NCBI GenBank assembly: GCA_965153355.1
Contig: OZ231126.1
Span: 41,974,001 to 42,038,000 of the forward strand
Length of the DNA: 64,000 nt
Source: Flaccisagitta enflata
Taxonomy: Eukaryota
Direction: 5' to 3'
The notes beneath the pieces are model-generated. The model saw nothing but the letters and a program-made list of their open reading frames with translations. It did not search any database and was not told the DNA's origin. Shown here piece after piece: positions 39,654 through 52,308 of this stretch. Made by a program: the position numbers and the translations under genes. How positions within the stretch are numbered: position 1 is the first letter of the stretch; the number at the start of each line of letters is the position of its first letter.

Positions 39654-41781
39654 TTCTGTTGCAGCTGGGGCATTGTCAAATTGATGAGGTTTGTTTCATT
39701 TTGTTTTCGTTGTTGTTATTGTTTCTGTATTCCTTTTCGTCAATGTTTTTTGGTTTTGTTGTTTTCGCTTTTGTTTTCATTTTTGTTGTTGTGTTTTTGT
39801 TGTTGTTTTTATTTTTGTTTGTGTTGTTTTCGTTTGTTTTTGTTGTTGTTTTCGTCGTCATGGTTGTTGTTTTCATTTTCATTGTTGTTGTTTTCATTTT
39901 TGTTTTGTTGTTTCTCTTGTTGTTTTCATTTTTGTTGTTATCATTATTTTAGTTTTGTCATTGTTGTTTTTGTTTTTGTTCTCGTTATTGTTGTCTTTGT
40001 TTTCATTTTTGTTGTTGCTTACATTGTTGGTTTTGTTTCGTTTTTGTTGTTTTTTCATTTTTTTTATTGTTGTTCTCCATTTCATTTTTGTTGTCGTTTT
40101 CCATTTTGTCGTTTTTTTTTTCATTTTCATTGTTGTTTTTGTTGTTGTTGTCAGTTGATGTCATTGTTCTCAGTTGTTGTTTTCGGCGAGTGTCATTGCT
40201 GTTGTCGTCGTCCCTTTCGGTTGTTGATTGTTGTTGTTGCCATTTTCATCGCCATGTCATCATTGACGTTGTTGTCGTTATCCTCGCTGTCGTCATTGTC
40301 GTTGTCGTTGTATGGTTTTCACTCTTAGGGATGTTAAGCTGGTAATGGTGCATTAGTGTATCGCTGAATAATGACCACGGTAATAGCTTTCGTCTACACT
40401 TGGTTGCCTGCTGCACTAAAACTCAGAATAGTGTGTTTCCCTAGTAACCCGTTTCCTAGATACCAAGCCGAAAACACAAAGATCAAAGTCTAAGTTATTT
40501 GATTCAGGCTTTACCCAGTTCATATCAGGAAAAGTCAAAGGAGCTGATATGAAAAAATAACAGGTACGTTTTTCCTTAGGTTCTAGATCGCAGAGAGCCA
40601 CGAAATTTTACATGTGACATCGGACAGAGATGGTGAAGGGTTGTGGGGATCAAAATTTTTGAAACATTGGTTTTTTGGCACCTTCACAGCGGCTTCCATT
40701 TTTCATTCATTGTTTTACCTATAATAGATGGCTTCCAGTGAACTTTTGATTCCCCACAGTTGTTAGTGCACATTTACTTAATCCAAATCTGCAATTCATT
40801 AGGATTTTGAAGGTCCACTGTCTTCCTAATATGTTCCAACATGAGGTGTTACTTTTACTAATTTAGCAAATATTGTATGTAGAAGAAAATAAACATTGGG
40901 CCTATCGATTTCACATTCGTTGGCACTCATTGAGTGTCTCTAACCCAAACCAGGCCCGAAAAAGTCATCTCATGAATTTTCATCAAGAGCTTATAATACC
41001 CTTAAGTCAGAATTTTGAAACTGATATATCTTTGAGATTTATCTGCAAATATATACAAAAATTGATTATTTTTAACAATTTTTGAAAAAATTTTCAAGGG
41101 AAATTTTTTTTCAAGGCTTTGCATCAATTCTTCAATATAAATTGTACCTACTCATACAAGTCACTACCATCGGGGATTTTTTAAAACTCATACCTCGTTA
41201 TGGCCCACTGTGTGTGTACGATTGTAAACCACGGGTGAATCGCGCGGCCAGTGAAAATCGCCGCTCTTTTTTTTAATCTATACTTTTTCAAAATGCGACT
41301 TGTACGGTATGAGATTTGAAATATTGCCCAGTCCGGATTGATTTTTTCTTTTTCTCTTATTTTGTCTTTTTTTTTTCTGTTTTTCTTTCTTTCTTTCTCT
41401 CTTTCTCACTTTCTTTCTCTCTCTCTTTTTCTTTAAAGTTGCAGACACGCAACTTTAAGAGCCTTTGTCCGTCCGTCCGTTGGTCGGTCCATCTGTTGGT
41501 CCGATCCATAGCCAAATCGAAAAGTGGGAAAATGAGTGTTTTAGAACTTTTTTTTGTATGTGTCTGTGTTGGGAAGGGGGTTGGGTGTGGCTGGGGGTTG
41601 GCCCCCCCCCCTGCCCACCCGTCCGCAACGATATTGTGACCCCGCGTCACTTGTTCTTTTTCTTTTTCACTACTTCCTCTTTTACTACTTTCTCTTTTTT
41701 CTTTCTTTCTTTTTTGTCTTTCTCTCCTTTTTTTTTCTTCTCTTTCTTTCTCTCTTTCTTTCTTTCTCTCTTTCTTTCTTC

Positions 41782-41815
<34 letters not shown>

Positions 41816-41816
41816 C

Positions 41817-41847
<31 letters not shown>

Positions 41848-42339
41848 GTCAGTTTTCACGTCCATCAATTGGTAAGTTGGTCCACTTAGCCTCTTCATAA
41901 ATAGCGCGGATGATGGAACAAGTTACCTTTTCTTTCTTTCTTTCTTTCTTCCTTCCTTCCTTCCTTCCTTCCTGCCTTCCTTCCTTCCTTTCTTTCTTTT
42001 GTTTACATCCTTTCCTTGTTTGTTGAGAATTTTAAATCCCGTTCTTGTGCAGCGTTTGCCGTTTTTTATCAAAATGTCCTTTCTTTGGTTTACTTGTTAG
42101 TACGTTTGTTGTTTTGTTCATCTGTTTGTCTACCCGACCATAGGTTCATTAATTGGTCATTTCATTTTAGCTTAATTTCCATTTTTAAATGCTTTTATAC
42201 AATGTCATAGAGGCATTCTATTTAAAATTATATGACTAATCCACGATGCGAAATTTCATTTCAAACAACTTGGCGCGTGAGTGGAAAAAAAGCAACAAAA
42301 TAGAATATGATTGACTGCTCTTCCTTCACTAGCGCCCGT

Positions 42340-42450
42340 GTCTCGCTAGCCTAATGGATAGCGTTGTGACTCCTGGACTTCTTTTCTCTGTAATGAGAAA
42401 AGTGATTCTGTCAAGTCTCGGGTTCAAAACTGTACGTGTGCACTTTTTTT
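42340..42450 (+). promoter_or_regulatory. tRNA-derived Pol III A/B-box cassette next to the right TIR (which ends 42608|TA)
   Basis: TAGCCTAATGGATAGCG ... GGGTTCAAAAC ... TTTTTTT. Confidence 0.6.
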
Positions 42451-42655
42451 CTGTGTGCTCACCTTTTGCAGTCAGAGTATCAAAATTATGTTCGCGGAAT
42501 TCCTTGCATCATTGGCTTTCAGAAAAACCATAGATTATGATATTTTAATTTAATGTGTTGCGTACAGTAGATCCTCCATATAATGCCCTTTTTGCTCGGA
42601 ACGTACTGTACTTAGTCGCGTTTGCGTTGTGACTCCAGAAAATCTATAAAACAGT

Positions 42656-42914
42656 GAATGAATGAATAAATGAATGAATGAATGAATGAATGAATGAATG
42701 AATGAATGAATGAATGAATTAATGAATCAATGAAGCGATGAATAAATGAATAAATGAAAAAATGAATGAATGAATGAATGATTGAATGAATGAATGAATG
42801 AATGAATGAATGAATGAATGAATGAATGAATGAATGAATGAATGAATGAATGAATGAATGAATGTGAATGAATGAATGAATAGATGGATGAATGAATGAA
42901 TGAATGAATGAATG
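42656..42914. repeat. (GAAT)n microsatellite (another at ~51105-51315)
   Basis: Direct reading. Confidence 0.95.
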
Positions 42915-43459
42915 GATTAGGAGCATTTTTTCGAACATATGATTGAAATAATGTTTATATGTCTCATAAATGAATGGATTGAATATTCACACCGAATGAT
43001 ATGTCTTGAGTGTGCGCGACTAAAAAACTTTTTCCCTATGTCCGTTGGTCCTTCCGTGGGTTAGACTCAAGTCTGAAAGTATGAAAACGCGTGTTTGATG
43101 CCGCGGCCCGGTTGTGATAGTTTATGTGTGGAGGGGGGTAGTATGCCCCTGCCCACCCGTTCGCGACGATATTTCAACCCAGCGTTACTTGTTAATTTTG
43201 CCGCTGAACTTTTTAGGTTTATTTTATATGTCAGTCTTTACTTAGATGATACGGTTATTTAAATCCATTCCACGAATTCTTTTATTAGGTAACGGGCGTA
43301 TTGTCCCTATTTTCATTTACATTCAAGACCATGGGTATTAGGCATGCCCGGGAAAAAAATTTATGGGCCCATAGAAATTTAGAAATAAAAATTCGAGTTC
43401 TTTTTCTGTTTTTCGTTTACACATTAAATCTAACACACACTCCAACAAAAAAAGCTTAC

Positions 43460-45366
43460 TTGTAACAAATCACAGCCAAGTTGAATTTTTCTTGGTTCGT
43501 TGGATCATCTTTTGCGTAGTCATGGTTCTGCAGCAAAGTCCGTGACGTTGAAACTAAAACATTGGATGACGATGACGACGATGAAGTTGATGATGACGCC
43601 GACGGCGATGAAGTTGATGTAGGGCACGTCACTGACAACGCCAATCGCGTCGTTGTCGCCGTCGTCATTGGCGTGGGCGTCGTCGTCATTGTCGTCGTCA
43701 TTGTCGTCGTTGTTCCAATCAACGTGGCGGACTTTAAAGAGGTCAATAACGCCGATGACGACGACGGTGATAACGAGGACGACGTTAATGACGATGATGA
43801 CGGAACCGGTGATGTCACAATTTTGGCGGAACGCGCACGACGCGAGGATGATGATGATGACGATAACTTCGATGAAGCTTGACGCCGATCGACGCCGGGA
43901 TAAGCAGAAGCTGTTGACATAGTCTCTAGGGCGCCGGCGGCTGTGATGGCTGCGGCGGCGGCAGCAGTTACAACGGCGGAGGCGGTGGCGGTGGCGGTGA
44001 CCGGATGAACAATGGTGGCGGTGGCCGTAACGCTCGGTTCCGTGACGATGGACGCGGTGCCGATGATGTGGCAGCCGGCGCCGATAATATTTCCGCCTTT
44101 GCTGGCGCCGAAAATCGGCGTTGCTCTCGTGAGACCGCTGCCGGAAATCGGCGTCGTCGTTGTCGTTATCGGCGTCGTGTCTCTGCCGATGGAGCAAATC
44201 GCCGATGAATCATCTCTCAATAATGACGAAGCCGTCTTGGCTCCATTCCGTGTCCCGGGTGAATGCGTCGCGTTTATGTTCGTCGTTAATTTCGTCGTCG
44301 TTCTCGTCGTCATCATCATCGTCGTCGCTGGTTCCATCGTCTTTGCCGTCGTCTTCATCGTTGTCGCTTCACTTTGCCTCGTAGAAAGTTGTATCAATTC
44401 GTATTTTCCATCTAACGAGAAAGACGCTTTTCCCTCGTCGTCGTCGTCGTCGTCGTCGTCGTTTTTGTGGCGAATTTGTTCGTCCACTCTGCCGCCTTTG
44501 TCGAGTTTGTTAACAATATTATCAATTTCATTGCATTTGTTGCGTTCTCCGTTAACATTTGCCGTTTTACCGTCGCCGTCATCGCCGTTACGGTCGCCGT
44601 CATCGCCGTTACGGTCGCCGTTGTTTTCAGTACTCTCGACGTTCATTCTCGCCGTCGCGCTGGTCCTCAAAAACGCCGTTGGCGAAATCGCGATGGGACG
44701 AATCGCGTACGGAAATTTGGTCGAGGTTGTGGTGGTAGTAGTCGCTAAAGATGGAGGTTCCGAGGATTGACGCTGGTCTAGAGGAAGTGGAGGGTCGTGA
44801 TGATGATGATGATGATGATGATGAAGATGATGATGAAGATGAGGAGGAGGAGAGATAGGAGGGGTCGAAGCGGTTGAACTAGGCGGAGAATATAGAAGAT
44901 GATGTTGATGATCGCTACGAGGCTGATCGCTCGCATTATCATTAATACCACGAGATGATTCGTTTTCATTAGATCCGTATCTTTGATGATACGCTCTAGA
45001 AGCGATATAATGACGAAGATCCGGGGAAGTTCGATTTCGCGGGATTGAACCCGGGGAAGACGAAGCGGAGGAAGGGGAAAAAGAGGACGAAAAGGAAAGG
45101 GAAGGAGAGTAGGAGGTAGAAGAAGCGTAGAAAGGGGAAGGTCCGAAGTAAGCAGGCTGAGGCGGAGGAGGAGGAGGGGGAAAAAGAGGCGGGTCATCGT
45201 CTATGTTTTTGTCCCTTGAGGAGTTTAGATCATGACGCCCATGAAACTGAGGAGGGAAAATCACTTGAATAGGTTCAATTGAGATTCGAGGAAAATCTGA
45301 TAAATCCTCGGAAGAAGAGGAGGCGGAGGAAGGAGGATGCTCGTTCCACCACTCGAACGATGATGG

Positions 45367-45464
<98 letters not shown>

Positions 45465-45957
45465 CTTTTGAAAGCGTGAATTGATTCACTCGTCCATGTT
45501 TGTCAACGTTAATTGTCGTTTTCCCAAAGTCGCTTTGTGACATCTCTTCCCTTCCATTGATCCCTTTCACATTGTTCCTTCTATCTCTTCCTTCTATCTC
45601 TTCCTGATATTAGCATTTCCTCCTCTTTTCCCTCCTCCATCTCGCCTCCCACTCCCACCTCCGCCCATCTCGTGTTTCTTTTATCATCTTCCATTTCGGG
45701 ATATTCTCCAAGGGACAGTTCTTCCTCCATTTTATCTAAATCGCTCACGTCAGCAGGCGGATAACTTTCGCTGCGGGCGATAACCCTTCGCGAACCACCC
45801 GGTGAGCCTTGTCTCGTCGTTTCCTGCGCTGCCGACGTCGTCGTCGTCGACATTGTCTTTTTGTTCTTCACTGTCGTCATCGTCGTCGTTATCGTTGTAA
45901 CGTCGTCTGCGCCACTTTCTGTCTTCGACATCACGTTTGCGTCAACACTTGAATTAA
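43460..45957 (-). CDS. Large internal exon encoding an intrinsically disordered S/T/P/Q/H-rich region of an unidentified protein; frameshifted at ~45578-45603
   Basis: Acceptor ttccttctctcctctcgttcag| at 45958 and donor AA|gtaagc at 43459; GC-rich coding-like composition; 704-codon open frame; the two ORFs fuse if one 13-bp copy is removed; ends ...HDYAKDDPTNQEKFNLAVICYK. Confidence 0.72.
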
Positions 45958-47329
45958 CTGAACGAGAGGAGAGAAGGAATTTATGTAAATTTGTACATGT
46001 CTTTTTTTTTCTGTCTGGAATGAGCTTTTTTTCTGTTCGGCGAAGATAGCCGGCAGTCATAAAGGTATAAAGGTAAAGGAAAAGGAGTTGAATATGTAAC
46101 TAACGTTTTAGAAACTTCGATGTCAGTTTAGAAGCTAATTTGCATATTGCATCGTCGAATATGTTGTCATTTCGCTACAACAAGACAAATGCAACTTCGT
46201 GTAATAGGAGAAGAAAAAAAGAATTAAACTTAAAAGCATGAAAGGGGGGGTAAAATCAGGTTTATATGAAAAAATATGAATAAGCAAAGCTTTAAATGTT
46301 GCCTGCCCTTGTATTTGGACAATTAGATCGACCTGTATCCATCAAGTGAACCAAAAAATGACAGGCCCTCTGAAATTTATGGGCTCTTTTCCTCGGAACT
46401 ATCGGAACATCTTACAGTTATCCGAGCAACCGGTCGACCTGTACCCAGGTTAGCAATCCGGCGGGATCGCTCAGCAAACAATTTTGTCTTGATGCAGCGC
46501 GCTCAGTAAGAGGCACAGAAGCAACTGCGTCATCTTGGGCGTCTGGACGATCGGTTAAAATTTCCGCCTTTATTCACCCGGCTAGGTGTAGTAACATCCA
46601 CAGGTACGTACAAAAAAAGAACGTGTCGATGTCATTATACTAACAATATCCTCCTCGTGTGGTAAAGACACAAACTGGCGCACAAGCACGCGCACGTCTC
46701 TGCCGTAAGATTATTCCATTTCAGCGATTGCATTGGGATACCCACGGCTGTCATTTGGTTGAGTTATTGCCTCAGAATAGAATGGGGTATTCGCCCTATA
46801 TGTTGGTTTGGCGGAGTTGGTTGCTCCATCTGCCACGGCAGTTTATTTTGTTGTTGATAGTCGTTGGTTTATGGATTTTGCTTGTGGTTAATGTCCGTTA
46901 GAGAGAAAACAAGGACAACCCTTTACAGTCGCGTGCGGTTGTTAAGACCATTAAACCAAAAGACTAAAAGACAAAGAGACTTAAATTAACTTTGAATAAC
47001 TTAAAATGACTTAAAATGACTTAAAATGTCGTAAAATGTCGAAAAAAGCTAAAACAGACCGACTGACAGACCAACCGACCAACCGACAGACGGACAGAGT
47101 GGGGTGTAGAGTCGCGTGCACGCGACTAAAAAATCCGGGTGCAGTTGTTGTTTAGGGAAGAGATCGTCAGAAGTGGGAATGGGTGGCAACTACCGACTAG
47201 TGAGGGAGAAGTTGCTCATAATTTGTAACCTATTTAGGTAATAAGTAATTTACTACAAGTAAAATGTACTGAAAAGTTTTTTGGGCAGGCGTAGTGATGC
47301 AACATAGCAAAGCCAATAGCAGCCCAAAG

Positions 47330-48720
47330 GCAGTAAGTGGTCAGCGGTACCCGTGCCCCGCTTGAGTAGTATGTGATTTAGGTTGAGGGGGAGCAGGGCA
47401 GCGGCTCTAAAGGGTACAAAGTCCGAAGGAATCTGTCCGTCTGTCCATCCGTCCGTCTGTTCGTCCTTCTGTCTGTCTTCCGTCCAGGATGTCCTGTTAT
47501 TCAAACTCTCATTGAATAACATGGTGAAAGGACAAAAGGCAGTATATGGGCATTGGCTCCCGTCCCTTTCTTAAAAATTGACTTGAGGAGGGGAGCAGGC
47601 CAGGATCTGGGTCTCTGAGGCCAGGATTTGGGTCTCTGGTCTCAGAGATCAGAATCTGGGTCCCAGAGGTCAAGATCTGCGTCAAAATCTGGACTAGCAA
47701 GTAGGTTCTAGAAGCCAGAATCTGTGTATCAGAAGCCAATAGTCGCAAAAGCGTTACATGGTCAGCGGTACCCGATGCCCCTAAATTAGTTTATGCAGGG
47801 ATGTGAAGGTGAGAGGGGCAGATGACCTATGATTCCACACACGGCGATTTTCAAGAGGCCTAATATGGGGTCTGAAAGGCCTGATTTTAGGTCTGGGAGG
47901 CCTGATGTGCCTTATTTAGGGTCTTAAAGATCTCAGGTAATTCTGAAAGGCTTGAATTGAGGTCTGAGAGGCTTGAATTTGAGTCTAAGAAGCTTTTGTT
48001 GAGGTGTTAGAGTCCAGATTTGCAGTCTGAGAGGCCTGATTTGGGATTCAAGAGACCTGATTTGGGGTCTGAGAGACCTGATTTGGGGTCTGAAATGCCT
48101 TATTTGGGCTCTGAGAGGCATGAATTGGGTCTCAAGGGCTTGAATTAGATTGAAGGACTTGAATTGGAGTCTGAGAGGCTTGAATTGGGGTCTGGAGGCG
48201 TGATTTGGTGTCTGAGAGGCCCAATTTTGGGTCTGAGAGGCCTGATTTGGAGTCTGAGAGGCCTGATCTATGGTGTGAGAGGCCTGATTGGGGTCTATGG
48301 ATCTGATTAGAGGCCAAGGGGGGGGACGGAAAATGGAAAACGGAAACCGGAGAAAATCGCCCTGTGTGGAATCATAGGTCATCTGCCCCTCCGGGGCCGC
48401 TGCCCAAAAAGAGGCAAAATGATAGGACTGGGACCAGAATTTAGGTTTTCTAGCCTGATTTTGGCCATTTTGCTTGGATTTTTGCCATTTTGCTGGGATT
48501 TGGGCCAAACACTTTGAACTTGGGCCCCAAAGGAGACAAAGCCCTGAAGAGGGGGCAAGGGGGGGACAAACGGACGTACATATGGATGGATGGATGGATG
48601 GACGGACGGACGGATGGACGGACGGATGGATGGACGGATGGACGGACGGATGGATGGACGGACAGATTCCCTCTGTGTTCTACAGGACTTTGTCCCCTTC
48701 AGGGCCGCTGCCCAAAAACC
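47330..48720. mobile_element. Cluster of short interspersed elements with GGGCAGCGGCCC heads, (GTCC/GATG)n tracts and internal ~21-bp repeats; related copy at ~52915-53200
   Basis: Heads near 47395, 48345-48410 (-), 48660-48720 (-) and 52918; repeats ggtctgagaggcctgatttgg at 47860-48320. Confidence 0.6.
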
Positions 48721-48791
48721 TGTCCGCAAAGGCACTAGCTCAAAGATCCCAATTCATAAAACGGAGAAAACTTGTATTTCTTTTTTTTTTT

Positions 48792-48837
<46 letters not shown>

Positions 48838-50394
48838 CAGAAGACAAAGCTTCTGTCGATTTTTTGTCATCCAAAATTTCACGTTACCTACCTACCTACC
48901 TCTGTACCTACCTACCTCCCTCCCTAACTACATACCTACCTACTTACGGACACTCCCTCTTATAGAGTCGCTTTGCAAGTATGGATAAGGGAGACTAGAC
49001 AGCAGCGGTGAAATGTTTCATTATCCCTTCGTTATATTTTCCCTTTGCCTGCTTTTCTCCTTGGTTAAACGTGGGATAGAGCTCATTTGTAATTATGTTT
49101 TCCACCTGCCGCAGTTTATAATGAGTTCATTACGGAGCGGAGCTTGTGCGGCGTATCCACGTCCAATGAAAAAGAATAATTCAATTCGAGACGATTCATC
49201 ATTTTGTATCTAAATTCTTAAACAGCAGAGTACTAAATCATTTGCATGCCATAACACGTGAGTTATCTGTTTCCTCTCATAGAATCATCAAGTTACGACA
49301 TACACTAAAATACGATTGAAGAATGCTCCGATAACCGAAGAAGTATATCCATGCATGGACACAGCTTAGACACAGCCGGAAACTCATGGATTCATTGTAT
49401 TGGAACAAATCTACTCAAGGGTAAACAGAAACAATGGGCGTATGAAGGCAATGTTAAACAAGAGCCCTTCATTAAAGGTCAAATTTACTACCAAAATATA
49501 GCTTCACGGGCTCTCAAACAAAATGCACTCACTAACATTGTAAATTCAAATTATTTCTGCCTTCTTACAACTCCATCCCCTTCCCCCACTTTCTATAACA
49601 AGCAATTCTTACTTACCAATAAAGGCGGCTAATCGCCGTAGGAAAAAAGTCGTAAATACTGAGAGAAACAGAGGGAGAGAGAGAGAAACAGAGAGACAGA
49701 GACAGAGAGACAGAAAGACAGAGAGAAATGCTAAGAGAAAGAGAGAGAGAGAGAAAGCCAGAGAGAGACACAGAGAGACAAAGAGAGAGAGACAGAGAGA
49801 CAGAGAGACAGAAAGACAGAAAGACAGAAAGACAGAGACTGAGACTAAGACAGAGACAGAGACAGGCTACTTGTTCATCATCAAAAACCATGAGCCAGCA
49901 GGGTAAAATGTGATTGTCTTGAGAGCTAGTTTTATCAAAAGCTAGTCGATGTGTATAACAATCTGACTTTTCTTTTCTGTTACAGTTTGAAATTAGGATC
50001 AATGAAAAATATTGATCTTCTGATCTTCTTGCAAAAAAATAAAAAAAAAATTTAAAAAATCATTACGTAAAAACAATTGATCGCACAGAACTCTGCTTAG
50101 CGCCATCTGAAAGAGAATATTTAGCTCTTAGCTGTCAATTGCATGCGTAGTCCGAGTTGGCCCAAAAAAAACATCAACTTTCCCAAATGTGTCAAGGCAA
50201 AAAGGTAAATCTAAACAGCTCTGCAGGTCTCAAAAAGCCAAAGGAACTTCGTTTCTTCGACTTTTTTTCCAAATAAAGTTATGCAAGGAATGCTAAATGG
50301 ACGGTATGCAAAGAGGGAACGTTTTATATTTTCCAGCGTAGTAAGACGCTTGACACTGCGCGTGTGGGTGTGTTAAAGAGCGCTAACTGAGCAG

Positions 50395-50608
<214 letters not shown>

Positions 50609-50912
50609 CGACGCGAAGAAGGATGAACGGACTAAACGACTAAATGGCAACAATAACAAGACTGGCAAACGTTTCACGGGTGAGTAACCACTAAAGAAAA
50701 TTGCTTTTAAAATTTGCTGAGAAATGTTGAGGACAAAATCGGCGTGGAAAAAAAAAGCCGGATACATGAACCAGAAGCGCATCGAGGCGAAATACTGAAG
50801 GGGGAAAACAGGGCTGATACGTGGGAAGAAAATTGGATGAGGTGTTTTATATTTATTAGCCAAGAAAAAGAGAGCAGAAAAGAAAACAAGGAAAAGGGAA
50901 AGAAAGAAAGGC

Positions 50913-50990
<78 letters not shown>

Positions 50991-51742
50991 GAAGAAAAAA
51001 GGAAAGAAAGAAAGGAAGAAAGAACTAAATTAGAGAGAAAGACAAAAAGAAAGGAGAGAAAGAAAGATGCACGGACAAATGAATGGACAAATGATTGATA
51101 GAGTGAATGTATGAATGAATGAATGAATGAATGAATGAATGAATGAATGAATGAATGAATGAATGAATGAATGAATGAATGAATGAATGAATGAGCGAAT
51201 GAATGAATGAATGAATGAATGAATGAATGAATGAATGAATGAATGAATGAATGAATGAATGAATGAATGAATGAATGAATGAATGAATGAATGAATGAAT
51301 GAATGAATGAATGAAAATACATTGTTCGGCGGAAGGACCGAGAGGAAACTCTACGGACAGGCCGACAGAGGGACGGACCGACCGAAATACGGACTTTCTT
51401 ACAACAAGGCCGGATACACGGCCATCAGTTGCGGACGGGTGGGCAGGGGCAGAAATATGCGTTTTCCCACTTTTCAACTCGAGCGTGACCGACCAACCGA
51501 CCAACCGACCGACGGACGGACAAAGCCTCTTATAGAGTTGCGTGTCCGCAACTAAAAATGAGTTGACGCATACAAAAAGACACTGGGGATCCGGTGGTAT
51601 TTTGGACAATCCATATTTCTGTTTGTGTATCATCCTCGCCAATTGCCTTAGGGACCCAATTCATATATAATTCATCCCTGGTTATTACTAGCAAGCCCCA
51701 GTTTAACAACACTTGTCCATCATTTTGTCCTATAGCGGATGT

Positions 51743-51782
<40 letters not shown>

Positions 51783-52121
51783 AGATTGTGACGATGACCG
51801 ATGAACAAACGGACGCACACAACTGAATCTAACGGTTATTGACTTAGCCTTGGTGGACGATAAAGTGCTTACTGCTATGAAATGATATGAAATGATTATG
51901 TTGTCCGGTGGACACTCTTTTTCCCCGGGAACACGTTTCATTTAGCCTGTATGTTTGTTAATACAATTAAATACTTCATGAAGATAAACCGGACACTCTC
52001 TTCTTTTCGTTACTTCTCACCTTTACTCTCCTCCAATCCTCTCCTTCCAACTTTCTATCAATCCTCTCGATCTTCTGACAATCCCTCTCAAACAAAAATA
52101 TGCGCAAATACACACACATGT

Positions 52122-52308
<187 letters not shown>

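Larger units (their letters stand above)
32878..41212. mobile_element. 8.3-kb non-autonomous TIR element with CAC...GTG, RSS-like termini (Transib/Chapaev-like)
   Basis: ~235-bp TIRs (32878-33087 plus 33802-33830; ~40975-41212); TGTG on both flanks; the joined flanks match the inverted homologue at 29980-30060. Confidence 0.75.

Noticed and set aside
49290-49520. Possible LINE reverse-transcriptase C-terminal remnant
   Set aside because: Similarity too faint to support by eye.
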